Notes: generated by a model not told the origin, from the sequence alone. A stretch of DNA of 60,967 nucleotides, filler included, from 10 parts of 10 records of this genome joined end to end with filler, not necessarily neighbours in it; one strand, 5' to 3'; numbered from the whole stretch's first letter, positions 26,201-37,704 are shown. Translations and numbers: made by a program.

Positions 26201-28406
26201 GAGTAGATTGACCACTGTGATTGATGGAGAAAAGAAATACGGGCCCGAGAAATCTGATGCGTTTACAGTGCTAGAATTGGAGGTCAAAGGCATGAGAACA
26301 GTACAAAACGCCCTAGCAGATGCTGTAAAGGAGGAACATTTATCAGGGGTGACATGGGAGGGGCACGATGAGCCCGTTGACAGCGTCAAAGAGACATATG
26401 TAAAGGTCGGCTGGAATCTACTTGTACTGTACTGACAATTTTATGTGCACAGGTGTGCCCACCTCACTTGGCGTTGTACCTGAAGCGATATTCATTCGAT
26501 TTGAGCACACTACAGCATACAAGAGTCAATGACAGGTTTGACTTTCCAGAAAGGTGCGCATGCCGTGTACAATACTGCAGGCCTGTACTTGACTTATTGG
26601 GTGGCAGGCTTGACATGTCTCGTTACATGCATGCGTCATCGATGAACGCTGGAACACCGTCTCCTGAATGTTGGTATACGCTCAATGGAGTATTGATCCA
26701 ATCTGGCTCGGCTTCGGCCGGCCACTACTATTCAATTATACGTGACCGAACGACTGGTATTTGGCAAAAGGCAGATGACAAGACAGTCGTGAAGTTTGAC
26801 AAAGCATACATGGAGTCGGAGTGCTTTGGAGTTGACCTTAGTCCGGCAGATGCAGGACGCTCAGCTTACATGATATTCTATGACCGTGAAGATTGTTTGG
26901 AAACAAAACAGGAGAGCCTTGGTTCCAGCTTGAGCAGCATAGCTCCTGCCTTACAGGAGCGTATCATGGAAGCTAACTTTAAACTGCTTCGTCACACTCA
27001 ATTGCGCTCCACTGCACATGCAGTTCATGTTTGTGGGCTGCTACAGCTGGTTGGAGCTTATATACTTGAGATGCAGGAGGCGGCCGAAGACAGTCTGATT
27101 GACGATGCAATAGATGTCGGGACACGGTACTTCTTTACAGTCTTGCTGCAGCTGGCTGATATCCCTAGCAAACAAGATCTCGAGATCTGGACGACTTCAT
27201 TTGGAGATCTGGGTCCACGGACGAGCAGAGTGCTCGGAATGATAGTCAACGAGATAGACCTTAAGCTTCTGTTCATTGAAGATTGCCGCAAACGAGTCCA
27301 CTCGGCTGCAAGCGAAGTTATTCAAGCATGCTTGGACAACGGGATGACGTGCGACAGCCATAATCAGCGGAAATTGGTACTCAACTTGCTAGCGATTGTC
27401 CCAAGTCTGGCTGGATGCCACCACAGTACTGTACATTACCTGAACCTTTTCCAGTATATACTTGAAGAGTACCCGCATACAAAGTAAGTCCCTTTATGCC
27501 TTTGCTACTGAGTCCTGCCATTCTTGCAGGGTGTTTATGCTCGGAGCTGAAGGGGTGCCAAACATTGTTCGAGCTCTAGTCGGGAGAGAGAGATCTGCGC
27601 CAACAGTGGTCGATACAGTAGCCTTGGAGCTGGTTGAAATTCTTGCTGTGGTTACGGCGTCCAGTCATGTGCTCACCCAGGAGACAATCGATGCCTTGCG
27701 CCAGCCTCTGCTCATCCAAAAGGTTGTTCACCTCGCCGGGCTGAATTGTTCGAGGGAGCCAATGCACCAGTGCATGAACCTGCTAGATAATATTATCCAG
27801 CTTCCCGGGCACGAGGCTCACATGGTCATGACGCCTCTTACTGCACTCTTAAACTACTCGAGCAGCTTGAACCCGCTAAGTTGGGTCATGAAAAGCCTGT
27901 TGATAGAGCGCAACTGTCCGCAACCTGAGTATGCCAGTCTCTGGATTGAAGCATTGGACCGAAAGTGTGGATCTGGGCCACTGGGCTCAAAGTTTGTAAC
28001 GATCCGGAACGAGGCCGCTGCTTACTTGCGAGCGAACGGGCACGAGATCGCAGACGTCGATCCACATGATCAGAACCTCAAGGGCGACTCTGAAGAGACC
28101 GACGAAAGTAATCCAGTGAATTATATCGCAGACGATGCGGTGCTGGGGTTGTCCCCGCATGATGTCATCGCCTCCCAGGACGGCTACCCAAATTTACATG
28201 ACCCGTACAGTTATGATCATGGGCCACCAACCGCTGCAGACACGTTGCTTAGTCTCACCGAGCAGGTGGCAGGCTGCCACGTCATCGTGCTAAAGCGTGC
28301 CCGGCAGGTGAATGGAGCAGCCAAACGGACCCATCCTGGGTCGATGCATGGGTTCATCAATGACGGCTCGTTGTCGCCGCCTTACAAGAGAGGGCGACAT
28401 GAATGA
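20289..28406 (+). CDS. Large ubiquitin-specific protease (USP24/USP34/USP9-like) with N-terminal UBA domain
   Basis: UBA LGIPPEVAKQALAANNNELGPAIEW; Cys box GLVNQGSTCYQNAVLQQL; QNDASEFF; His box GVLIQSGSASAGHYYS..DDKTV. One ~4 kb exon plus many short introns. Confidence 0.87.
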
Positions 28407-28775
28407 TAGCACATAAGTCATTAGTAGTCCGATAATAGAATAGACAGAATCTGATATCGAATAGATCTCGTAGCTAGCTATCGTGCACGTGGCCGTTGGA
28501 ACAGCAAGTAGTTAATTCGAAGTTTCAGAGCAGCGCTGAATCCGTGGTCACGAATGAATCCATGTTCTTCAATGAAAATTGATCATGTGCATGCACGCAT
28601 GCAATCCATGTACATGTACGCGCGCCATGTATATGATGCACATGACATTGTGCAGTCCTGAGGACAACTGGCACTCTCAAGTCTCAACAGAAGTATTGTA
28701 AAGTAGACGGATTAGTTCGGTTGGATTGGCTCTGACGGCGTGCGGTCCCGGCTCAGAGTGGGAGACCTTTACGCG

Positions 28776-29642
28776 AATAAAGTGTCATCTTGATCCCAAA
28801 AAAAGATTGGCTTCGAGTTATCCAGTAGCTCTGGTGGCCATGAGAGGGGACTCGCCCAGCGACATGGGAAGCGCTCAGTCTCTTACCAAAGCTTGTGGGT
28901 GCTGCCCAGCTCGACCTCCTTGCCATTTGTGGTACTGATCTGGTTAAGCTGCTGCTTGATTTGACCATGGAAGATGAAGTTTGTCCAGAGCTGGCCTCGG
29001 AGGCCTTGTCGCTGTTTTTCAGCGTGAGCCAGCCTCACATGTCTGTGGTAGAAGCTGTTCAAAAGACCCAGCTGCTCGCCAGTCATGAGTTCAATCAAAT
29101 TCATCAGCAGTGTGTCCCTGCTCTCAGGCAATTGAGGCAACAGGTCGACCTCGCTGAGGTCTGGATGAAGGGCGGCGAAAATTTGCAGACCACAATAAGC
29201 TGACTTGGTTCCCAGAAGTGGACCGAACCCACCAGGTTGCGCAAAGCACCAAAGTACGCGCCACTCGCACCAGTAACGACCACAAAGTTGCTTCCGAGGG
29301 GGTACAACTCTCCTGTCTCGGCTGGCACAAACGCTGAGGCAGTGAATAATCTGGCACCCTAGTGCTGAACACCCACCATCTGCCCGCGTGATGTGTGGCA
29401 CATGTGTCCACAAAGCTATACCCGTGCCTCCCGGCTACCCTCTTTACCACCTTTTTAATCACCCAGCCGAATGGAAACAGCTGCGGATCCGTGGCATAGA
29501 CCCTGAGCTCCCGCGCCTGGCGCGTCTCCGGGATCATCAGGTAGATGCTCCGCTGCTCACAGAACACAGTGAAGGGGTACGACAGCGCCACTGCCTCGTC
29601 GGACAGCGCTGTTCCCAGTGGGGTCCAATCCTCGCCCTGAAC
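28776..29642 (-). CDS. GINT1-like beta-propeller fragment followed by a glycosyltransferase-like segment (5' partial; 3' structure unresolved)
   Basis: LSYPFTVF..IYLMIPE..ELRVY..FPFGW..FVDT..WWVFS, then in another frame VVTGASGAYFGALRNLVGSVHFWEP. I could not splice the 3' part cleanly. Confidence 0.45.
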
Positions 29643-29742
29643 NNNNNNNNNNNNNNNNNNNNNNNNNNNNNNNNNNNNNNNNNNNNTTAATTAATTAANN
29701 NNNNNNNNNNNNNNNNNNNNNNNNNNNNNNNNNNNNNNNNNN
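29643..29742. other. Artificial contig spacer
   Basis: N44-TTAATTAATTAA-N44. Confidence 0.98.
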
Positions 29743-29769
29743 GTTACTAGTACTAGTAGCTAGCGCTAG

Positions 29770-32700
29770 CTAGCTGCCAACGCCCAGTTTATTACGGTCG
29801 CTCAATATTTCTGCGATCTGCTCGCAGCATTGCAACTGACAACCCCACCTCAGCTTGGCGGCTTGCGAGGTGCGCCGGGCCAGGTCACACGCAGTATCGC
29901 CCTCCCTATCTCGCAACAACGGGTCCGCCCGGAGAGCCAGCAGCAGCTCCGCAGCCCGCAGCTGGCCGTCTTTGGCTGCCACGTGCAGTGCAGACCGGCC
30001 TTGGCCATCGATGCAGTTCAGGTCGGCCTTGGCTGCAATCACTCGCCCCGCCACGCTCGCCATCATGTTCTGGTGCGCCTCCCACCCGTCGGATATCCCT
30101 GCCAGCCGCCGCTCGAGGCCCCAAAGCGGCGCCGGGCTCGCCTTCGGGCACAACTGAGCAGACGGTGTGCAGCACAGAAGCTCCAAGCTGGGTCGTGCTG
30201 CTCACCCGCCCACCCGCCTGTTGCACAATCTCGAACACCGCCACCCGCCTGTTGCACCAGGTCAGGCTCGATTGCGGCACAGGGCTGCCTGGCCGGCCGA
30301 TTACACTGGAGCGTCCGGGCGGCTATCTGGATGCAATTCTCGGCCTATCACGCGGTCACTCACTCAACACCGCCGAGTGCGCACCTTGTAGCGCTCGCGG
30401 CCGTGCACGGTGTGTGCAGTGCTCTGATGCACGTCCGCCTGGCTCTGCAGGAGCAAGGTGCAGACCGGCGCATGCGCATTCAGCACAGCCCAGTGCAGCG
30501 CTGATCTGCCGAGGAAGTCCGGATCGTTCAAGCAAGTGATCAGCTCCGGCAACACCACCAGCTGCCTCACGGAGCCCAGGTTCCCTCCCCGCGCCCCAAA
30601 GTGCAAGGCGGTCTGCTGGTTGGCTGTCTTGCGTGCCACAAATTGTTGCGACCCCAGGAGAATGTTCAACACCTCCGCGGATGCTAGCGCTGCGTGGTGT
30701 ATCGGCGTCATGCCCTCCAGGTCTGGATAGCCTGGGTCGGCCTTAGCCGCGACCAGGCTCGCAGCACACGCGGTGTGCCCGTTGTGCGCCGCTGCATGCA
30801 GCGCAGTCGCCCCACCTGCACCCAGCTTCCCCGCATTCCGTTTGCTCTAGCTCACTGTGATTCGATGCGCTCGGGTCAGCGCTCGAGCCGAGCAGCAAGT
30901 CCACAATCTCTGCGTGCCCCGTGCGCGCTGCAACCCTGAGCGCTGCTCCGAGCTCCTGCAGTCATCGTCAGCCCTGGCCCGAGCTGGTGGCACCGCGGTG
31001 TCCGTTCCAGTCCGCAGGAGCTCTGCACACTCAGCACAGTTGCCCTGCTGCGCAGCCAACTCTATCACACTCTGGGCACACGTGTCAGCACCCCTCGGCC
31101 CGTGGGCTGTACCAATCCTGCGGCCGGTTGCGCGGTCTGCGCTGAGGCGTTTACCGCCCCTTCCAGCCCCCATCCACTCAGCAGTGCCGCAAACTCGTCT
31201 AGGCGCGGGTTGGCCATCAGCAACGCAGTCGCTGCAACTGACCTGCCACGCTGTCTCTGGCCACAGGAGCCCAGCCAGCCACCTGTCAGTGAGTTGCGCC
31301 GTCTGCAGCTGAGCGCCCAGCAGTCGAGAGATCACGTGCAGCGCTCGGATAGAATCTCCTCCGAGTGTCACGAAATCGTCTGTCGGCCCAGGCAGCACCC
31401 CAAGCACTCTGTGCCACTCCTGCCAGCGCAGCTTACAAGCCGCCCTGCGCGCGCACACTACCGCTGCTACGAGCTGCTCCAACGGCGACAGCGCCCTACC
31501 TCGGGCTGGAGCCTGGGGCTGCTCAGCCAAGCTAGCCAGCTGTCTGCGGTCGATCTTCTGACTGGGCGTGAGTGGCATCTGAGTGAGCTCAACAAACCTG
31601 GCTGGCACCATGTAACTTGGGAGCTGCCCGGCGCAGTGCTGCTCCACCCTGCTGCACAACCCGCGGTCCGGCCGCTCGCCGTCGTGTGCATACCGACAGT
31701 TGACTCCCCAATCGCATCCCCGAGGACTCCTGTAGAAGCGGCATACGCGCTTTGGCGGGCTGCTCAGTGCGGATCCGGCCGTGCCCGCTGTGCAGAACGC
31801 CACCAGTTGGGCCGCCCGTTCGGTAAGCACCACGGCGCACAGTCTGGCCAGTCCGCTCGCCTGGATACAAGCCTCGAGCTCGTCCAAGTCCACTCTCATG
31901 CCCCGCAGCTTGACACACCGGTCCGCCCGCCCACACAGCAGCAGCTCACCCGCCCGCCCGCGCACCGCCAAGTCGCCTGTCCGCAGCATCCTGCTCCGGG
32001 ACCGGCCGGCCGGGTGGAACGGGTTGCGCGGAATAGCCGGCTGGATCAGCCCGTCAGGGAGCCGGTCACACATGAGTTCTCCGCTGTAGTACAGCTCGCC
32101 CTGCTCACCCGGTGAAACCATCGGGCTCAGGTCCGGTCCGAGCAGGTACAGCTCGCCTGGCCGACCGGTCAGACCGCTGTGGATGCGGTTGCGACCTGAT
32201 TTGAACGGCAATCCGATGTCCCGGGCCGCGTCGGCGAGCTGGTCCGGGCTAGGCAGTTGCGAGTGCACCTGTGACCAGGCTCGCTGCCGTCATTGCACGG
32301 AGCGCCTTAGCCGAGACACTAGACGTACACTCGCTTTGCCCGTAGCAGTTGATCACGGCAGCCTGACCCCAGCTGGCGCGGCCCGGCGGCCGCCTCGCCT
32401 TGGCCCAGCCCACCAGCAGCCCCGTCGGCATAGGCTCTCCACTGGAGACAACCACCCGGATCCCGGCCGCCACAGTGGGATCGACCAGCCCGATCGCCTG
32501 CCCGGCACTGGTGGTGAGTCCGTTAGAAGGCACACCGTCGGGGTGCCGATCAGGTGGGTGGCTGCATGCTCTGCCAGCAGCCTAGACAGCCGGCCACCAA
32601 CAACCGTCTGCTTCGACGGGAGCGACAACCCGCACCCGGCGTGCAAGCTGGCCAGGAGCGAGGCGAAGTGGTCCACGAAGCTCACCGAGACCAGCGAGCC

Positions 32701-33255
32701 GAGCACCGCCTCGCGCGAGAGCATCGCCAGCTCGCAGAACTCTCGGACGAAGGCCCGGAGCGCCGCGGCCGGCACCGACAGCAGCTTGGGTCGGCCAGTG
32801 GACCCGCTGGTGCTCATCACGACCGGCGCCACCGGCAATCCAGGCACTGGCCGGCCGGCTGCCGTTAGATCAATCGGCAGCGCTGGGAGCTGCGGGAACA
32901 GCGTGCGGGCCCAGAGAGTATGCTTCGGCTCGATCAGCAGCCCGGTCACCTCGGCGTGGGCGCAGACGAATCGAATCCTGTCGGCGGGCAGGTCGGATGG
33001 CAGCGGCGCGTACCCTCGTCCAGCCTGCAGCGCCGCCAGGATCCCCACCACCGCCTCGGGTGACCGGTCAGCCACCAGCCCGACCGGCCCCACTCCGCCG
33101 GCCAGCCGCGCCGCCAGACTGCCCGCCGCCCGCCGGAGCCCGGCCTGGCTGAAGCAGCGCGTCTCGTCCCGGACCAGCGCCCCGTCGGCCGGAGCGGCGA
33201 CCGCCGGCTGCAGCCCAAACCGGACAGGGTCCAGCCCTCGCCAGTGAAGCTGCAT
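29770..33255 (-). CDS. NRPS-like protein: adenylation domain (with CCCH zinc-finger insertion), phosphopantetheine carrier, ankyrin repeats
   Basis: A3 STSGSTGRPK, A5 NCYGQSE, A7 RTGDL, A8 GRADRCVKLRG, LPSYMVP, A10 PSQKIDR. Carrier DDFVTLGGDS. Ankyrins TPIHHAA, TALHFGA, SALHWAV, SALHVAA. Confidence 0.82.
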
Positions 33256-33315
33256 GCTCCACGGCGCGTTCCGTTACGGCCCTCGGATCGTGGCTCGAGG
33301 CTGCAGCGGGCGTCA

Positions 33316-34305
33316 ATGGTTGGGATCGTGGATCGTGTGCTCGGCTTCTTCGGGTATGGCAGCGGCGGCGGGCAGAAGCGCGGGCGGGACGAGCCGGCCG
33401 CCGAGGCTGAGGTGTCCCCCAAGAAGCCCAAGCCAGCTTCAGCACCGGCTGGCGGGTTTACAGCGCGCGGGGTAGCGGATTCGGCTTCGGGAGGCAAATT
33501 CTGGGAGTGCACAGTGGAGGGCCGCATGCTCACCACCCGCTGGGGCAAGCTGGGCAGCGCAGGCCGGAGCCAGAGCAAGCAGCTGGCTGACGAGGCCGCG
33601 GCGATCCTCGAGGCTGAAAAGCTGGTAGCGACCAAAGCGAGAGGCGGGTACACCATGGACGACGGCTTCTGGATCGAGCCGGCCGATCAGAAGAAGAGCG
33701 GCGCCGGCCAGAAGAAGAGCGGTGGGCCCAGGCTGTATCTGGCCGATCCGTCGGTGTATGACGGGAGTTACAACGGCGAAGAATGGGACGAAGGGCTGCT
33801 GGAGGCTGACGGGCAGCCCATCGCGGGCTTCGGGAGCTTTGCGGGCGACCCTGAAGCGATCAGGATCGCAAAAGCTCTCGGGTCGGACCTGCGAGGCATC
33901 AGTATCAATAACGGCGCCGAGAACGACTTTCAGTGGGAGCCTCTTATTGTTGCGAGTCCGGGTAAGCCTGGCAAGTCCGGGGCCCGAGCAGCTCTGAAAG
34001 CCGCCCTGGGGATGCAGCCCTCTGCCAAGCCAACGGTCAGTGATTGCGGTTGGATCAAACGCTCCGAGTTGTTCTGGCGGCGGACCCGGAACGAGTCGCC
34101 TGGGGAGCTGGAAGAGCTGGACGAGGGTCGCTTGGGTGATGCAGACAGGTGCAAGCAGGCCACAAATTTGATGGCCGATTCTCTTAGCCAGCACGTGCAC
34201 ATGAAGTTTGGGGACTACGACGTGGTTGTGGGACCGATCTTCTACGGAGGCTACACTGAAGCTGGCAGCTTGGTGGGCGTGATGGGAACTCGGGTTTACA
34301 CATGA
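33316..34305 (+). CDS. WGR-domain protein with uncharacterised C-terminal domain
   Basis: Intronless. KFWECTVEG..TTRWGKLG..AEKLVATKARGGY matches the WGR domain pattern. Confidence 0.78.
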   Translation: MVGIVDRVLGFFGYGSGGGQKRGRDEPAAEAEVSPKKPKPASAPAGGFTARGVADSASGGKFWECTVEGRMLTTRWGKLGSAGRSQSKQLADEAAAILEAEKLVATKARGGYTMDDGFWIEPADQKKSGAGQKKSGGPRLYLADPSVYDGSYNGEEWDEGLLEADGQPIAGFGSFAGDPEAIRIAKALGSDLRGISINNGAENDFQWEPLIVASPGKPGKSGARAALKAALGMQPSAKPTVSDCGWIKRSELFWRRTRNESPGELEELDEGRLGDADRCKQATNLMADSLSQHVHMKFGDYDVVVGPIFYGGYTEAGSLVGVMGTRVYT

Positions 34306-34497
34306 TCAATCAATCATTACTTGTGATTGTGATTGCACGTGTGACTTAGGTGCGACTCCATGCAATGAGCACTATGCATGTACTTCAATGCGGTGACACT
34401 CGAGGCTGTGTTTAGAGTAAGGAAGCAACCGTGGCCAACACTAGAAAATCTAAATGTCTTGATTAACGATTGTACCAAATCAGTTTACGATCTTTAG

Positions 34498-36918
34498 TTA
34501 TTGTAACAAGTTTACATGTAGAGAGCTCGATCCATTTAGATCCATTAACCCATAACTGAGATCTAGCTCGGTATTCGGAACGGCCTCATCGAATTTGGTG
34601 TCTTGATTCTCTTGAATCTCGAGCTCGAGCTTGAAATCGACTGCACTGACCTCCCCTGCGGTGTCTTGGACCTCCAGCCTGACCTCCTCTGCAGTGTTTT
34701 GAGCCCCCTGAAGCTCGGGCTTGACTGCACTGATGTCCCCTGCGGTGTCCTGGACCTCAAGCTTGACCTCCTCTGCAGCGGCTTGAACCTCTGTCTCGAC
34801 CAGGTCCTCGCCCTCATCCGTAATCGCCAGTATCGCTGCCAGCATCCCCCCCATGGTTGCCTCACACGGGCCTGTGCAATCTACCGGCTCATCCCTCACT
34901 GGAATCCCTGTCTTGTCGCAATGGTTGCACCCCTGATCTGTCACCCGCTGCAGGCACCACAGGCACTCGCTCGCCGGCAGATCGTCCAAATCCAGCCAGT
35001 CACACAGCTCCGGGCTTAGACCAAAGCTCGGCCAATACGGCTGTAGCTCCAGGTGCAGCACCGACGGCCCTGCCCTGCGCACCAGCCCACCCAGCCTGCA
35101 GCTGTCTTCGAGCGCCACCACGCGCGCTGCTGCCTCCGCAGTTGGGTACATGCCGAGGTATTTGATCTTAGAGCCGGCTGAGACGTAGGCCATGAACTTG
35201 CCGGACGAGTTGGGCCCCGACACGCCCTTGTAGCCCGATTTACTCCTAGAAGACCGCTCCAGCACCAGACTGGACTCGGGCTCCCAGGTGGGCACCACCT
35301 GCGGGATTGCGACCAGCGCCCGACTGTAGGCCGGCGCGATCTGCTCGAGTGCGACCATTGGCTGGCTGCAGTGCTCGCCTTGGCCGTGGCTGCCAACGAC
35401 TGGTTTCAGTTGGACCTGGCTGCAGTGCTGCCCCTCCAACTTGACACTGGTTGTCGGCGGCTCAGTTTGAATAACCCGCATCTCGACCGCAGGCGCAGGC
35501 TCGGATCTGGGCGGAGGCATGAGTGGAGCAATCTTTGCCTGCTCGGCGGCCCTCGCCTTCACTGCCTCCTGCTCAGCAGCAGCTGCCCTTGTCTCCTCCT
35601 CCTCCTGTGCCCGTGCTATTTCCTCGTCTATTGCGTCGTCCGAAAGCTCCTGGGGCACGTCGCATGAATTGTATTTAGGATCAGCGTTGTTTTTGCATCG
35701 CCAGACCTCCGGCACTGCGCCTCTGAAACGGCGCCACTGCACCCCGAGATGAGACCAATCAGCTGCCTGTGGGCGGCACCTTATCGCAGCTGTCACATTG
35801 GACCCACCCGGCCGCCCCGCTGTCTTCGGGCGGGGCTTGCCCGCGCTCCTTGGATATCTTGCGCATGTTGTCTGCAGTGCGGTGAACCTGACAGAAGAAA
35901 GTTCTATCGGCTGTGAATTCCCAGCCATCCGCGTGCGCCAAGGCACAGCCATAGTGGAACGATGCTCGACAGTGCTTTGCCCTGCAGCCCTGGTCACGCC
36001 CAGCGGCGGTCGGGCAGCGCACCAGCAGCCGATGGTGGCGCCTGGCAGGTGGCAGTGCAAGCACCGGAGTGCCAGCCCACGCCTGAGGCATGGCTGCACC
36101 TCGTGATAGTCTATAGGCGCCTCGCTCGCATCCCACCGACTCGCCCACACTTCTGGTGACATCTCGACGCTGCCCCAGCCCGGTGAGCCCGCGAGCCGGC
36201 CACCGCCACACCATAGTCTGTGCACCCAGATCACCCGTTCTCCCATTGCAGTCACTCCGTTGGCGTGCGCACAGTCAGCGAAAGGCGGCCGCACGAATGA
36301 GGATTCAGGGCGCTCCGGTCGCTGGCAGAGCACGCAGCACTGGCCGGCCGGGGGCTCGACTGGACGGCACAGGCGCCGCGCCACACTCGACTCTTCGCGG
36401 GCGCGCTTGCGAGGCCGTTGCTGGGAGGGCGGTGGGGCGGGTGTGGCCGGCTGGACGGTGCAGTACTGGGTGGCCGGTTGGGTGGGTATGACCGCACGGA
36501 GGTCGAGGTCAGCCTGTGTGTAGACGATTGAAGTGCCGGCCACTAGTTTGGCGTGTTCGGTCAGCCCTGGATATCGCTGCTGGTTGATAGCAAGCAGCCC
36601 ACTCAGCTCAGTCGGCAGCTTGAGCGCTATTTGTCCGAGCGTCTCATCCTCAGCGGCCTTGTACTCCCGAAGCGAGTCCAGAAGCGCCGTGGTCCGCAAA
36701 AACTGGACCGGGCCAGCTGGGGCAGGCCGGGTGGGCACTACAGCCGGCAGCGCGGCTTGCCACGGATAGGCTGTAGGCGGACCATTAGCTGGGACCATTG
36801 GTGTGCCGACGGCCTGCGCCATGGGACCCACTGCTGGCCAGCCAGCCGCAGTAGTCACCCGAACAGCGTCCTGTGACCCGGGCGTCTCCAAAATTGAATT
36901 CAACGACAATTTGCGCAT
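34498..36918 (-). CDS. Chromatin/DNA-binding protein: LysM-like, extended PHD, CW zinc finger and AP2-like domains
   Basis: ETLGQIA..LLAIN..YPGL..GT; CVLC..WVHRL..CLHCHLPGATIGC..FHYGC..FFCQVH; WVQCDSCDKWRR..WRCKNN..CDVPQE; SGYKGV..YLGMYPTAEAAAR. Short introns join the frames. Confidence 0.78.
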   Translation of the reverse strand: MRKLSLNSILETPGSQDAVRVTTAAGWPAVGPMAQAVGTPMVPANGPPTAYPWQAALPAVVPTRPAPAGPVQFLRTTALLDSLREYKAAEDETLGQIALKLPTELSGLLAINQQRYPGLTEHAKLVAGTSIVYTQADLDLRAVIPTQPATQYCTVQPATPAPPPSQQRPRKRAREESSVARRLCRPVEPPAGQCCVLCQRPERPESSFVRPPFADCAHANGVTAMGERVIWVHRLWCGGGRLAGSPGWGSVEMSPEVWASRWDASEAPIDYHEVQPCLRRGLALRCLHCHLPGATIGCWCAARPPLGVTRAAGQSTVEHRSTMAVPWRTRMAGNSQPIELSSVRFTALQTTCARYPRSAGKPRPKTAGRPGGSNVTAAIRCRPQAADWSHLGVQWRRFRGAVPEVWRCKNNADPKYNSCDVPQELSDDAIDEEIARAQEEEETRAAAAEQEAVKARAAEQAKIAPLMPPPRSEPAPAVEMRVIQTEPPTTSVKLEGQHCSQVQLKPVVGSHGQGEHCSQPMVALEQIAPAYSRALVAIPQVVPTWEPESSLVLERSSRSKSGYKGVSGPNSSGKFMAYVSAGSKIKYLGMYPTAEAAARVVALEDSCRLGGLVRRAGPSVLHLELQPYWPSFGLSPELCDWLDLDDLPASECLWCLQRVTDQGCNHCDKTGIPVRDEPVDCTGPCEATMGGMLAAILAITDEGEDLVETEVQAAAEEVKLEVQDTAGDISAVKPELQGAQNTAEEVRLEVQDTAGEVSAVDFKLELEIQENQDTKFDEAVPNTELDLSYGLMDLNGSSSLHVNLLQ
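34640..34785 (-). repeat. 84-nt (28-codon) imperfect tandem duplication within the coding tail
   Basis: AEEVKLEVQDTAGDISAV and AEEVRLEVQDTAGEVSAV, 28 codons apart. Confidence 0.75.
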
Positions 36919-37128
36919 GCAGTCACTCTCAGGGAACTCCCCGCTGCTAATTAGTCAGACCCTAGTCAGACCCCAGATCCTAGGCACGGCGAGTAGGAGC
37001 ATTGGGGGCCGCTCAACAAGCACTCGCTAGATATTTACAATAAACCTATACCTGCTTTGGTAGGCCGGTCAACCGGTTCTAGCTTTACGATACAATCATG
37101 CTAGACGAGTACTTACTACAATGTTTGA

Positions 37129-37604
37129 TCATCGGATCCAACTCGCCGGGAGAAGCGTACCAAACAGAAAGTGCTGGATCACCGGCAGCTTGCCGAGCAC
37201 CTGGCCCCCGCTGCCCGCCGCCGTGCGGCCGGCCGACCTCCGCCAAGTACATCTTTTTGAACCCCTCACACACCTTGGGCCAGCCTTGTTGCGGCGGGAT
37301 CTGGGATATGCTAAACAGCACCGGCGAGTGCTCATGGAACGGCCCGCCTCGTTTGACCTGCGACTGGCTGGCCCTGCCTGCGGAGGCTGCTAGTTGCCTT
37401 GTAGATGAACTGTATGGCGTCTAGGTACATATAGTCTGCCGAGTGCTGCTCTAAGACGCTCCGGTCGTGCACATCGGCCGGACTGATCTGGTCCCTCCCC
37501 CCGAGCATCTGAGAGGCGCCCCACAGGAACGGCAGGAAGTGGTAGTCGTCCAAGCCCCACCTGGCCCTCAAGTGAGCGGGAAGCCCGCAGACGGCACGCA
37601 CACG
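37129..37604 (-). CDS. PTPA: Phosphotyrosyl phosphatase activator (PP2A activator), 5' partial
   Basis: WGLDDYHFLPFLWGASQ, K..GPFHEHSP, KMYLAEVLGKLPVIQHFLFG. Introns 37358-37397 (GC-AG) and 37201-37237. Confidence 0.93.
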
Positions 37605-37704
37605 NNNNNNNNNNNNNNNNNNNNNNNNNNNNNNNNNNNNNNNNNNNNTTAATTAATTAANNNNNNNNNNNNNNNNNNNNNNNNNNNNNNNNNNNNNNNN
37701 NNNN
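37605..37704. other. Artificial contig spacer
   Basis: N44-TTAATTAATTAA-N44. Confidence 0.98.

Noticed and set aside
28895-29203. Protein-like plus-strand ORF after the USP gene
   Set aside because: Its start is not an ATG, it has no motif, and it overlaps the probable minus-strand gene.
29743-29775. TAC/TAG/CTAG low-complexity run at a contig start
   Set aside because: Short and irregular 3' UTR simple sequence; not a telomeric array.
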